64,000 nucleotides of DNA, from assembly GCA_965247115.1 (NCBI GenBank), contig CBDFGR010000003.1:1056001-1120000 (forward strand). Direction: 5' to 3'. This stretch comes from Myxococcota bacterium (GTDB lineage: Bacteria; Myxococcota_A; UBA9160; SZUA-336). Shown here piece by piece: positions 46,808 to 56,728 of the stretch (positions are counted from its first letter, which is position 1; each line of letters opens with the position of its first letter). The notes under the pieces are model-generated. The model worked only from the letters and a program-made list of their open reading frames with translations, was not told the origin of the DNA and did no database searches. The translations under genes were made by a program, and so were the position numbers.

Positions 46808-47112
46808 ATCCCCAAGTTGCTCAGCATCTGGGTGAGGCGGTTCAGCGTTCCCGCGATCGTAGTATGATCCGCCTCGAACTCCAGGGCCAGCTCCGAGATG
46901 CGGCTGGACAGCGAGTGCTGCTTGCGCGCGGCGGCGCGCGCGTCCTGAGTCGAGTCCAGGCTACGGCCGATCTCCTCCATCGCGCTCCGTAGCGGTGCGT
47001 GTCTCACTATCTGCCCGCTCGCCCCAGTGCGAGCTGCGAGGGCCGTCCAAGTGGTCTGGACATCGGTAGGCAGGTAGTCTCCGACCTCCGGAAGATCGAT
47101 GGTCGTCCCCAA
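46804..47112 (-). CDS. Hypothetical helical protein
   Basis: ORF fills the gap between the sigma factor gene and cls. Confidence 0.4.
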   Translation of the reverse strand: MGTTIDLPEVGDYLPTDVQTTWTALAARTGASGQIVRHAPLRSAMEEIGRSLDSTQDARAAARKQHSLSSRISELALEFEADHTTIAGTLNRLTQMLSNLGI

Positions 47113-47127
47113 CAGCAGAGGTCGGGC

Positions 47128-48378
47128 ATGAGCAGGGACGGCACCCCGAGAGCCGGAGCTGGCCGGCAGCAGGGCGAGGGTTCCCGCCGCTTGCGTGCCG
47201 GGCTACGCCGGCACGGTCTCGCCCGGCAGCCGACCGCGCTCATGCGCCTGACCCGGGCTCACGACCTGCGGTTCACGGACGGGAACCGGATCGCGCTCTT
47301 CGACACGGGTCGTGCCGGGCTCGAGGCCATGCTGGACGCGATCGATGCGGCGAGTGAGCGGGTCCACCTCGAGACCTACATCTTGCGAGATGACGAGATC
47401 GGCAAGCGTTTCCTCGAAGCCCTGTCTGCGCGGGCGCGCCAGGGTGTCGCTGTGCGTCTTCTCTACGACGCCGTAGGCTCACGCGGTCTCCATGACTCCT
47501 CGCTCGAGGAGCTGCGCAGTGTCGGCGCGGACGTGATCGCCTTCAATCGGCTCGGACGCTTGTACGCGAGGTTCGCGCCAAGGAAACGAGATCATCGCAA
47601 GATCCTGGTCGTCGACGGGCGGGTCGCGTTCACTGGCGGACTCAACATCGGCAACGAGTACTACGGCGGACCCGGAGACTCGAGGCTGGGCTGGCGCGAC
47701 GCCCACGCGCTCATCGAGGGTCCGGCAGTTCGCGATCTGGAGGCCGTCTTCCTCGAGAGCTGGTTCCGGGCCGACGGCCCAGGGCTGATCTGGAACGACT
47801 TCCTCGACCGCGCGCCTCCTCCCTGCGGCGATAGTCGCTGCGCTGTCCTCGCGGACGGCCCGGTCTATCGGCGCCGACGGACCCGGGCGCTGCTGATCGG
47901 CGCGCTGGGCGATGCGAACGCCACGGCCGGGCTCACCAGTCCGTACTTCGCACCCGGCAGGCGGGTGCTCGAGGCTCTTGCACGCGCCGGGCAGCGCGGG
48001 GTGCGCGTGGACTTGCTGCTCGCCGGCAGAAGCGACCACCCGGTGCTCCGCCGCGCGGCCCGGGCAAAATTTTCCGGCCTGCTACGCGCGGGGGTTCGGG
48101 TGTTCGAGTACGAGCGGACCATGATGCACGCGAAGACGGCCGTCTTCGACGACTCCTTCGCGGTGATCGGCACTTCGAACCTGGACCGCCAGAGCTTCGA
48201 ACGCTCCTACGAGGTCAACCTGGTGATCGCCGGCGGGGACGTCCCTCGCCAGCTGCTCGGGAACTTCGAGCGAGACTGCGCGCTCGCGAGCCCGATCGAC
48301 GAGTCGATGCTCGCATCGAGGGGAGTGGTGGAGCGAGTCCTCGACGCGCTCGCGTCTGTTCTCGCTCGCTTCATGTAG
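47128..48378 (+). CDS. cls: Cardiolipin synthase (phospholipase D family)
   Basis: Two HKD motifs: HRKILVVDG and HAKTAVFD. Confidence 0.9.
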   Translation: MSRDGTPRAGAGRQQGEGSRRLRAGLRRHGLARQPTALMRLTRAHDLRFTDGNRIALFDTGRAGLEAMLDAIDAASERVHLETYILRDDEIGKRFLEALSARARQGVAVRLLYDAVGSRGLHDSSLEELRSVGADVIAFNRLGRLYARFAPRKRDHRKILVVDGRVAFTGGLNIGNEYYGGPGDSRLGWRDAHALIEGPAVRDLEAVFLESWFRADGPGLIWNDFLDRAPPPCGDSRCAVLADGPVYRRRRTRALLIGALGDANATAGLTSPYFAPGRRVLEALARAGQRGVRVDLLLAGRSDHPVLRRAARAKFSGLLRAGVRVFEYERTMMHAKTAVFDDSFAVIGTSNLDRQSFERSYEVNLVIAGGDVPRQLLGNFERDCALASPIDESMLASRGVVERVLDALASVLARFM

Positions 48379-48404
48379 AAACTCGGGACGAATCCAGCTC
48401 GCGG

Positions 48405-48734
48405 TCAGTGTGTCCGATGGCGGCGCAGCTCGTAGAGCCCTTCTCTCAAATCTCCGAAGAGCTCTTCGACCTGTGGATGCTTGACAGGCCCTCCTGTCGC
48501 ATCCGCCAGGAGGTTCTGCTCGGACACATAGGCGATGTAGGGAACGCTCGCGTTCTCGGCGAGCAGGTGGTAGTAGGGCTGGTCCTTGCTCGGTCGCACC
48601 TTCTCGGGGATCGACAACCACCACTCTTCGGTATTGCTGAAGGTCGGATCCACGTCGAACACGACACCGCGAAATGACCGGAAGCGGTGCCGCACTACCT
48701 GTCCGATCCGGAATTTCGCGTTTCGATTGATCAT
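48405..48734 (-). CDS. hspQ: Heat shock protein HspQ (YccV)
   Basis: KFRIGQVVRH, GVVFDVDP, QPYYHLL and AYVSEQNL. Confidence 0.95.
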   Translation of the reverse strand: MINRNAKFRIGQVVRHRFRSFRGVVFDVDPTFSNTEEWWLSIPEKVRPSKDQPYYHLLAENASVPYIAYVSEQNLLADATGGPVKHPQVEELFGDLREGLYELRRHRTH

Positions 48735-48845
48735 TGAGCCAGCGCCACGCCCATCTTATCAAACTGCTCCGTTGGGTTTGGCCCAACCTCGGCAAGAGCG
48801 GGTGCACTGGCAGCGTAGCGGCACCCAGGCTTACCTTCCGGGCTC

Positions 48846-50954
48846 ATGGCGATTCTCCCGCAGAGACGGCGTCTCAAGAAGGAGCTCACGCTTCTCAACG
48901 TCTACGCGATTGCCACGGGCACGACGCTGAGTGCGGGGTTCTTCCTGCTCCCTGGACTCGCTGCAGCGCAGATCGGCTCCACGCTGGTCTTGGCGTACCT
49001 GATCGCTGCCCTCCCTTTGATCCCCGCAATGTTCAGCGTTGTCGAGCTCGCAACAGCCATGCCTCGGGCCGGCGGCATCTATTACTTCCTGGACAGAAGT
49101 TTGGGTTCGTTCGTGGGCACGGTCGGTGGTATCGGAACCTGGCTAGCGGTGGCACTCAAAGCATCCTTCGCGCTGGTCGGGATGGGTGCGTACCTCGCCC
49201 TCTTCTTTCCGGAGCTTCCGGTCAAGCAGCTAGCGATCGGCTTCACGCTGACCATTGGCGCGCTCTGTCTCTACGGCGCGAAGACGAGTGGAGGCTTTCA
49301 GGTTCTCCTCGTTTCAGGCCTGCTCTGCATCCTCGCGGCCTTCGTCGGTGGCGGGCTACCGCTGCTCCAAGAGTCTCACTTCAGCGCTTTCTTCGAGCCT
49401 GGCGTGGGCTCGATCCTGTCCACGGCCGGGTTCGTGTACATCAGCTACGTAGGCGTTACGACCGTGGCGAGTCTCGCAGAGGAGGTGAAGGACCCAGAAC
49501 GAAACCTACCCCTTGGCGTGTTTCTCGCGCTGGGCACTGCGATTCTCGTGTACGGCCTGGGAACGGCAGTGATCGTGGGCCTGGTCCCACCCGACCGGCT
49601 CGCAGGAGACCTCACATCGGTTGCGACCGCCGCAGACATCCTGATCGGAGGGTGGGGCACGGTGCTGATCTCCGTCGCGGCGATCCTGGCCTTTACATCC
49701 GTGGCAAATGCCGGCCTGCTGAGCGCCTCGCGTTTGCCACTTGCGATGAGCCGCGACCATCTCGCGCATCCTGCCTTGCGACACCTTGGGCGACGCGGCA
49801 CGCCGACATACTCGATCCTGCTCACCGTCGGGCTCATCGTCATGATTCTGGTCTTCCTCGACCCGACGAACATCGCGAAGCTGGCCAGCGCCTTTCAGCT
49901 CACGGTCTTCGGCCTCGCCTCGGTGGCCGTCATCGTCATGCGCGAGAGCCGCATCGAGTCGTACGATCCAGGCTACCGCTCACCCGGCTACCCATGGATG
50001 CAGCTCTTCGGCGTAGCTGCCGCCGGCCTGCTGATCGTCGAGATGGGCACGGCACCCGCGCTCTTCTGTGCCGGGCTGATAGGGCTGAGCTCCGCCTACT
50101 ACTGGTTCTATGGCCGCGGGCGGACCGACCGCGCTGGCGCGATCTTCCACGTGTTCCAGCGCCTGGGCGAACGACGCTCGCTCGCATTGGATCCCGAGCT
50201 GCGCAGCCTCTTGAAGGAGAAGGGTCTTCGCGAGGAGGATCCCTTCGAGGAGGTCATCGCGCGCGCGGAGGCGATCGACGCGGAGGACGGGATGACGTTC
50301 GAAGACGTCGTGGAGCAAGCCTCTGAGTGTCTCGCGCGGCGCCTGCGTTACCCTGCAGGAAACCTGCGAGAGGGCTTCCTCCAGGGGACTCTGATCGGCG
50401 CGACGCCGGTCGAGCGCGGGGTCGCACTTCCCCACCTGAGAATGGCGGATGTGGATTCGCCGGAGCTGGTGCTCGTACGCTCGCGCGACGGAATCCATGT
50501 ATCGACCGGAAGCCTGCTCGGGACCCCCCACGCCCCTGAGCCCGTCTACGCGATGTGCTTCCTCGTGAGCCCCGAGCACGATCCGGCACGTCACCTACGG
50601 CTACTCGCCCAGATTGCGAGTCGGGTAGACCAGGACGACTTCCAGCCCGCCTGGCTCGAGGCCGCGGACGAGCACGCCCTAAAAGAGGTACTGCTGCGCA
50701 ACGAGCGCTTCCTCTCACTCGGCGTCCACAGGGGATCTCCGACGGAAGCCCTCCTGGGCCGAGCGATCCGCGAGATCTCGTTTCCCGACGGTTGCCTGGT
50801 CGCGATCGTCCGACGCAGCGACGAGGTCATCGTGCCGCGCGGGAGCACGGTGCTGCACGAAGGCGACTGGCTGACCGTGATAGGCACCCCCACGGGAATC
50901 CGGCGCTTACACCAGCAGTTCGTAGATGAGCGGGAGCGACCCAGCCAGGCTTGA
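48846..50954 (+). CDS. APC amino acid permease fused to PTS EIIA-like and TrkA-C domains
   Basis: GTTLSAGFFLLPG and EE..DP.RNLP; GVALPH; IVRR..EVIVPRG.TVL..GD.L.VIG. Confidence 0.88.
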   Translation: MAILPQRRRLKKELTLLNVYAIATGTTLSAGFFLLPGLAAAQIGSTLVLAYLIAALPLIPAMFSVVELATAMPRAGGIYYFLDRSLGSFVGTVGGIGTWLAVALKASFALVGMGAYLALFFPELPVKQLAIGFTLTIGALCLYGAKTSGGFQVLLVSGLLCILAAFVGGGLPLLQESHFSAFFEPGVGSILSTAGFVYISYVGVTTVASLAEEVKDPERNLPLGVFLALGTAILVYGLGTAVIVGLVPPDRLAGDLTSVATAADILIGGWGTVLISVAAILAFTSVANAGLLSASRLPLAMSRDHLAHPALRHLGRRGTPTYSILLTVGLIVMILVFLDPTNIAKLASAFQLTVFGLASVAVIVMRESRIESYDPGYRSPGYPWMQLFGVAAAGLLIVEMGTAPALFCAGLIGLSSAYYWFYGRGRTDRAGAIFHVFQRLGERRSLALDPELRSLLKEKGLREEDPFEEVIARAEAIDAEDGMTFEDVVEQASECLARRLRYPAGNLREGFLQGTLIGATPVERGVALPHLRMADVDSPELVLVRSRDGIHVSTGSLLGTPHAPEPVYAMCFLVSPEHDPARHLRLLAQIASRVDQDDFQPAWLEAADEHALKEVLLRNERFLSLGVHRGSPTEALLGRAIREISFPDGCLVAIVRRSDEVIVPRGSTVLHEGDWLTVIGTPTGIRRLHQQFVDERERPSQA

Positions 50955-50980
50955 CAGTGCATCAAGCGCCGTCTTGTAAT
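50951..50980 (+). promoter_or_regulatory. Putative sigma-70 promoter for cysK
   Basis: TTGACA-N18-TGTAAT. Confidence 0.5.
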
Positions 50981-50994
50981 GGCCGCGCTTAACC

Positions 50995-51996
50995 ATGGAC
51001 ATGCGCAACGGATTCTCAGAGACCATCGGCAACACGCCGCTCATCAAGCTCCGCAAGGCGTCTGAGCTCACGGGCTGCACCATTCTGGGCAAGGCGGAGT
51101 TCCTGAATCCCGGCGGCTCGGTAAAGGACCGCGCTGCCCTCTACATCATCCAGGATGCCGAGGAACGAGGCACGCTCAGACCTGGTGGTGTCATCGTCGA
51201 AGGTACGGCCGGAAACACCGGGATCGGCCTCGCGCTCGTCGGAAACGCGCGCGGCTACCGCACCGTCATCGTGATCCCCGACACGCAGAGCCAGGAGAAG
51301 AAGGACATGCTGAGGCTGTGCGGAGCGGACCTGCGCGAGGTCCCGGCGGTGCCGTACAAGAATCCCGAGAACTACGTGCACGTCTCCGAGCGGGTAGCCA
51401 AGGAGCTGGCGGCGAGCGATCCCAACGGCGCGCTGTGGGCCAACCAGTGGGACAACCTGGCCAATCGCGACGGGCACTTTCGCACGACCGGACCCGAGAT
51501 CTGGGAGCAGACGGAGGGCACGGTCGACGGGTTCATCTGTGCCATGGGAACCGGAGGCACTCTCTCGGGGGTCGGGCTCTTCCTCAAGGAGCGCTCCAAA
51601 GACGTCGTGATCGGACTCGCGGATCCGGCGGGGGCCGCCATGTACCACCTGTTCAAGGATGGAGAGCTGCGGGGAAGCGGGGGGGACTCCATTACGGAAG
51701 GCATCGGGCAGGGCCGCATCACGGGAAACGTAGAGGGCGCACCGGTAGACAACCCCTACCGGATTCCGGACGAGGAAGCTCTTCCAGTGATCTTCGATCT
51801 GCTCAAGGAAGAGGGGCTTTGCCTCGGCGGCTCGAGTGGCATCAACGTCGCAGGCGCAATCCGCCTGGCGGAGGACATGGGTCCGGGGCACACAATCGTG
51901 ACGATCCTCGCCGACTACGGCACCCGCTACCAGTCCAAGCTATTCAACCCCACCTTCCTGAAAGAGAAAGGCCTGCCGAGCCCCGACTGGCTCTAG
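50995..51996 (+). CDS. cysK: Cysteine synthase
   Basis: GNTPL, NPGGSVKDR, TAGNTG and GTGGT. Confidence 0.92.
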   Translation: MDMRNGFSETIGNTPLIKLRKASELTGCTILGKAEFLNPGGSVKDRAALYIIQDAEERGTLRPGGVIVEGTAGNTGIGLALVGNARGYRTVIVIPDTQSQEKKDMLRLCGADLREVPAVPYKNPENYVHVSERVAKELAASDPNGALWANQWDNLANRDGHFRTTGPEIWEQTEGTVDGFICAMGTGGTLSGVGLFLKERSKDVVIGLADPAGAAMYHLFKDGELRGSGGDSITEGIGQGRITGNVEGAPVDNPYRIPDEEALPVIFDLLKEEGLCLGGSSGINVAGAIRLAEDMGPGHTIVTILADYGTRYQSKLFNPTFLKEKGLPSPDWL

Positions 51997-52433
51997 TCAG
52001 CGGCGTTCGCGGGGGATCGCTCCGGCGCTGCGTAGTGGAAGCTCTTGGATTCGAGCACGGATCCATCTTCCGCGACGACCGAGACAGTCCACTCGCCGAG
52101 CCAGAACTCGTGCAGCTTCTTCGTGGACCACACGCGCCAGCGAGGGCCTGCGACCTGAAAGGGCACGTCCGCCATCACCTGGCCGTTGTACTCCCAGCGA
52201 TGCGAGACGGACTCGCCGCTCATGTTCCGGAGCTCGGTGAAAAAAGTGATCATCCGCTGGTCGTTCATGATCTCGCTGAGACTGTCGACGGGCTCGCGAT
52301 CTGCGACGCCGCTCGTGAAGCTGGCTCTGACGATGATTCCGTCCGCCCAGCTGGCCTCATCGGCAGCCTCGGCTTTCGTTGCGCCGGAGACTGTAACGAG
52401 GCACCCCAACAGCAGGACTCCCAAAAGCTTCAT
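51993..52433 (-). CDS. Exported DUF2914-like protein
   Basis: Signal peptide; REP, FFTEL, HRW, RWRVWS.K and G.W.V.V. Confidence 0.8.
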   Translation of the reverse strand: MKLLGVLLLGCLVTVSGATKAEAADEASWADGIIVRASFTSGVADREPVDSLSEIMNDQRMITFFTELRNMSGESVSHRWEYNGQVMADVPFQVAGPRWRVWSTKKLHEFWLGEWTVSVVAEDGSVLESKSFHYAAPERSPANAAD

Positions 52434-52551
52434 GGTCTCAATCCTCCTGGGACGACGGGCCGCTCTTTCGACGGGGCGTCCCGCTAGGGAGATCGGCTTC
52501 TCCGACGCGCTCTTGAGCCCTGTGCCTTCCTGGTAGCTCATGTCGCAGGCG

Positions 52552-53874
52552 TCACGCGAGATTGCGGTAGGCCGGAACGAAGATCAGCAACACGCTCGCC
52601 ATGATCACCAAGGCGAGCGCGGAACCACCAACCGCGAGCTGAGGACCGATCTCGTTCGCGAGAACTCCGATGAGGAAGATGCCCAGGCTCATCAGACTGA
52701 ACTCCATCATGTAGAAGCTCATCACACGGCCTCGAAAATCGTCCGCGACGTAGGCCTGGATCAGGACGTTGCTGAGCGACATGCGCCCGGCCTGTCCGAG
52801 GCCCACGACGGTGAGAATCGCGACCGACAGCCAGTACGACGTCGAGATCGAAAACGCCACAAGCGCGCACCCGAGGAGCAGTGAGCTCAGCAGAAGCACG
52901 AGCCCACGACGCCGGTTCGGAAGCGAGGCGATGATGAGCGAGCCGATGACGGAGCCCATGCCAGAGATACTGGTCAGATAGCCGAGCCGCGCCGGTCCAG
53001 TGTCGAGCACCTCCTTGGCGAATCCAGGCAGCAGCATGAAGTACGTCATGGAGAAGAGGACCATCAGGAAGTTGCATCCGAGCAGCATTCGAATCGTGGG
53101 TGTCTCCCAGACATAGCGGAATCCTGCGGCCAGCTCCTGCAGCGGAGGATTGCTGCCACCGTGCGGAGGCACACGGTCCGCCACCCTCACCTTGAGAAGT
53201 CCGAGGATCGACGAGCCGTACAGTGCGGCCATCATGTAGTACACGAACTGCGCGGCCCGGATGCCCCCGCCGTTGCCCCCGTCGAACGCACCGACGAGCC
53301 AGCCCGCAAGGCCGGGCATCAACAGACGAGCCGCGTTCATGCCCATCGTGTTGATGGCGATCGCGTTCATCAAGCGCTCCATGCCGAGAATCTCAGGAGT
53401 CAAGGCCTGACGCGAGGGCATCATCGTGTTCATGGCCGCGCCCTGCACCATGGCCGCCACGATGAGGTGAGAGAAGCGCAGCAGATCGGTCGCGATGAGA
53501 GTGCCCACGACAAGCACGACGAGCGTGTTCAGCGCCTGACCGACCTGAACCACGTGCTTCTTCTGTCGCACGCGATCTGCGATCACGCCACCGAAGAGCG
53601 CCGTGGCCACGCCGGCAGTGCCGTTGGCCAGCGAAATGATCCCGAGCGCGGCAAACGAGCCGGTCAGCTCGAAGACGAGCCAGCCACGGATGAACATCTG
53701 TGTGTTCATCGCCGTGAAGCTCCCGAACTGAGCAGCGAAGAACCAGCGAAAGTTCCGATCCTCGAGCGCGCGGAAGGTGTTACGCCAGACGCTCCGCTTG
53801 GGGCGCAGACGGGTAGCGCCGGAGCGCTCTACTGGGCCTTCAGGTTCCGGCTGCTGTCGCTGCGGTGCACTCAA
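52552..53874 (-). CDS. MFS transporter
   Basis: About 12 hydrophobic segments, GGVIADR and RGRVMS. Confidence 0.9.
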   Translation of the reverse strand: MSAPQRQQPEPEGPVERSGATRLRPKRSVWRNTFRALEDRNFRWFFAAQFGSFTAMNTQMFIRGWLVFELTGSFAALGIISLANGTAGVATALFGGVIADRVRQKKHVVQVGQALNTLVVLVVGTLIATDLLRFSHLIVAAMVQGAAMNTMMPSRQALTPEILGMERLMNAIAINTMGMNAARLLMPGLAGWLVGAFDGGNGGGIRAAQFVYYMMAALYGSSILGLLKVRVADRVPPHGGSNPPLQELAAGFRYVWETPTIRMLLGCNFLMVLFSMTYFMLLPGFAKEVLDTGPARLGYLTSISGMGSVIGSLIIASLPNRRRGLVLLLSSLLLGCALVAFSISTSYWLSVAILTVVGLGQAGRMSLSNVLIQAYVADDFRGRVMSFYMMEFSLMSLGIFLIGVLANEIGPQLAVGGSALALVIMASVLLIFVPAYRNLA

Positions 53875-54033
53875 TCCCGTCCCGATCCGGGCATCGGGGA
53901 CGGGCTAACAAATGGGGCGGGTGCACCGGGAAGGAGACTCACGTGATGCCGATGATACGGAGCCTCGAGCTACAGCGCCAAGCCCGCGCCTTATCGGCAC
54001 GGTCGAGGGCTCGGTCGCTGTTCGCCGCCGAGG

Positions 54034-54576
54034 CTAGGAGGCGCTTGCCGGTGTGTGCTTGACGTCTTGCTCGGCGAACTCGCGCGTCCACCCCGCGAAC
54101 TCCAGGAGGATCCCGTCCGGATCGAAGAAGTAGATCGACCGGACGAACGTGGTCTCGTTGACCTCAGGGCTCTGCTGCTCCGAGCTGTCATCGTGGTTCA
54201 CCACGTCGGTGACCTCAATGCCCTTTGCGGCAAGCCTGCGCTGGTAATCCTCGATCTTCTCCACAGGGATATCGAACGCCACGTGATTCATCGACGCATG
54301 GGCAGTCGTGAGACCGGCGCCCCACTTCGGCTGCGGTGAGGCCACGCCTGGCGCGGCCTCGGGTGCGTCGGGGAACCAGAAGAAGGCGAGTGAGCCCCCG
54401 TTCCCCATGTCGAAGAAGAAGTGCTGTCCCATGCCATTGGGAAGCTCGATCGTCTTGATCAGTGGCATACCCAGGACGTTGCTGTAGAAGTCCACTGTCC
54501 GAGCCATGTCCTTGCAGACGAGCGCAAGGTGATTGATGCTGCGAAGCTCGAACTCCTTGTTCTGATTCTCAGGCAT
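54034..54576 (-). CDS. VOC/glyoxalase family protein
   Basis: NHLAL, FY..VLG, NHVAF and SIYFFDPDG..LE. Confidence 0.92.
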   Translation of the reverse strand: MPENQNKEFELRSINHLALVCKDMARTVDFYSNVLGMPLIKTIELPNGMGQHFFFDMGNGGSLAFFWFPDAPEAAPGVASPQPKWGAGLTTAHASMNHVAFDIPVEKIEDYQRRLAAKGIEVTDVVNHDDSSEQQSPEVNETTFVRSIYFFDPDGILLEFAGWTREFAEQDVKHTPASAS

Positions 54577-54630
54577 ATGGCCCTCCCGCAAGGGAGCGTA
54601 TCAGAGCAGTCAGGGACACCCAAGCCTTGG

Positions 54631-55065
54631 TCAGTTCACCCAGGCGTTGGCCACGCGGCCGGCCTGAAAGGACACGTAGAGTGAGCTGTGGCCTTCCCGG
54701 TGGTAGATCCACTTGTCGTCCGCCGGATTCGATTTGGAAGGAGCGCCCATCGCTGCGAGCACCGCGCAGCGGGACATCCCGGCTCGAACCTGACCGGAGT
54801 CGGCATCGGGCCAGCTATCCGGAGAGATCAGCGCGCGCTTTCGAATCTCCGCAGCGGCTGCCTTGTGGAGATCTGGGTCGTAATCACGAGCGGAGTCGGG
54901 CTCGTGCAACTTTCGGAGCCGCGCCCCGGGGTCGTCGACCCGCACGTGATACAGGACGCAGAGCTCGTCGTTGCTCAGCTGATCGATCGACATCGCGGCG
55001 CACCCCGCGGTCGCGACCACCAGCAAACCAAGCAGCGCAGCGTTCTGTCCGGCCAGTCTCCTCAC
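54631..55065 (-). CDS. Lipoprotein with SmpA/BamE-like C-terminus
   Basis: Lipobox TAGC; GMS...V.AAMGAP...W.Y...YV.F..GRV. Confidence 0.65.
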   Translation of the reverse strand: MRRLAGQNAALLGLLVVATAGCAAMSIDQLSNDELCVLYHVRVDDPGARLRKLHEPDSARDYDPDLHKAAAAEIRKRALISPDSWPDADSGQVRAGMSRCAVLAAMGAPSKSNPADDKWIYHREGHSSLYVSFQAGRVANAWVN

Positions 55066-55231
55066 CCGGGCGGAGACTAGCCGACTCGCCTCTGGAGGCG
55101 TGGGCTCCCCCTGCAGGGCTGCGCGCCGTGGGCACAGCTCGGCTCAGCGTGCGAAGCTGCCGCCTCCCTCCGCCCTTGCCGAGCTCACACTCGGAACGTG
55201 GAGGCGTCGTACCCGTCTTGCGCCAGTCGGC

Positions 55232-56710
55232 TCACCGCGCGACCGTCTCCAGCGTGCGGTAGAGGAACTCGACCGCCCAGGCGAGTGCGGGGAGTGGGAC
55301 CCGCTCGTTGTCTCCGTGCATGCGGAGCTCATCCTGCTCCACCAACGGAAACGGCAGGATGCCGTACGTCGGGATTCCACGGGCGCGCAGAGCGGCGCCG
55401 TCCGTCGCACCCGCGGACATGAACGGCATGACGACAGCACCAGGAGCCATGTCCCCGCTCGTCTCCTCGAGCGCTCGAAAGAGGGCAGTCCCGACCGGCG
55501 AAACCGGAGGCGAGCTCCGCGGCTCGCCAACCAGCGCAAAGGTTACCGCCGCCTCTCCGCCGGCTGCCTGCATGCCAGTCACGATCTCGCCTACGTCATC
55601 GCCGGGAAGCACGCGCACGTTGAAGGTCGCCACGCCTTCCGAGGGGATCACGTTCGCCCGAATTCCCCCACTGATCAGTGTAAGTGCCTGGCCGGTTCGG
55701 AGCATCGTGTTGTGCAGTGGGTTTCGTGACAGGATCTCGGCAGCCGCCATCGAGCGGGGCGAGGCGTCTCCCACCAGGTCCAGCATGGCCTGGCGGAGCA
55801 TCCCATCCGACTCGATCTCGGCCAATCGACCAAAGTACAAGCGCGTGGTCTCGTTCAGCCGGACCGGAGCGCGCCAGGCGTGGACGCGTCCCAACGCGCG
55901 CGCGAGCGCCGCAAGGGCGTTGTCCGGCAGCGGCACGGAGCCGTGCCCGCTGGGACCAAGCGCTCGGACCTCTACGTCGTAATAGATCTTCTCGGTGGTC
56001 TGGATGCTGACCGAGCGGATCTCGCCGCTGGTTATTCGGATGCGGCCGCCCTCGTTCAATGCAAACTCGGGATCTCCGAGCAGCGCGAGATGCTCTGCGA
56101 GCACGACATCTACTCCAACCGGGTCGCCCCCTTCCTCGGCAGCGGTGGCGAGGAGGACGACGTCGCGCGAAAGCTGGTCGCGCCGCTCGGCCAGGGACTG
56201 CAGCGCCGCCACAGCAGCTGCCAGCATTCCCTTGTCATCGATCGCACCTCGGCCATACAGATAACCGCCGCGGATCGCGGGTGAGAAGGGAGGGCTGTCC
56301 CACTTGTCCGGCTGCGCCCCCACCACATCCATGTGCCCCATCACGAGGACGGGACGCTCCGTTGGCTGCCCTGCGCGCACCCGCGCGACGAAGTTCGCGC
56401 GTCCTTCCCCAACCGGGAGCACGTGCGTCTCGACACCGTCGGCGTCGTTGAGTACGGACTCGAGATAGAGCGCGCTCGAGAGCTCGTTCCCTGGCGGGTT
56501 CTGGGTGTCGATTCTGATCAGCGCCTCCAGATGTGCCAGGGTACGCGCCGCGGCTGCCGGGCGGTCGAAGCCCTGCGGCGCCGGGGCGACCAGCGTCCAC
56601 GGGCCTGTCGCTGCATGCAGGACGGCAGCGCGTATGCCGAATGCCGCTGCAAGGGAGAAGCTCAGTACGACGAGGAATAGCAGTCGAACCATCCGGGACC
56701 TCGGACGCAC
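55232..56710 (-). CDS. Exported M20/M25/M40 metallopeptidase
   Basis: GHMDVV, GRGAIDDKG, AEE, NEGG and HGDNE. N-terminal hydrophobic segment. Confidence 0.92.
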   Translation of the reverse strand: MRPRSRMVRLLFLVVLSFSLAAAFGIRAAVLHAATGPWTLVAPAPQGFDRPAAAARTLAHLEALIRIDTQNPPGNELSSALYLESVLNDADGVETHVLPVGEGRANFVARVRAGQPTERPVLVMGHMDVVGAQPDKWDSPPFSPAIRGGYLYGRGAIDDKGMLAAAVAALQSLAERRDQLSRDVVLLATAAEEGGDPVGVDVVLAEHLALLGDPEFALNEGGRIRITSGEIRSVSIQTTEKIYYDVEVRALGPSGHGSVPLPDNALAALARALGRVHAWRAPVRLNETTRLYFGRLAEIESDGMLRQAMLDLVGDASPRSMAAAEILSRNPLHNTMLRTGQALTLISGGIRANVIPSEGVATFNVRVLPGDDVGEIVTGMQAAGGEAAVTFALVGEPRSSPPVSPVGTALFRALEETSGDMAPGAVVMPFMSAGATDGAALRARGIPTYGILPFPLVEQDELRMHGDNERVPLPALAWAVEFLYRTLETVAR

Positions 56711-56728
56711 GGTGAGGAATTCGTCGCC

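Noticed and set aside
48734..50326. 530-aa Arg-rich plus-strand ORF
   Set aside because: Alternative frame of the permease gene with no recognisable motifs.
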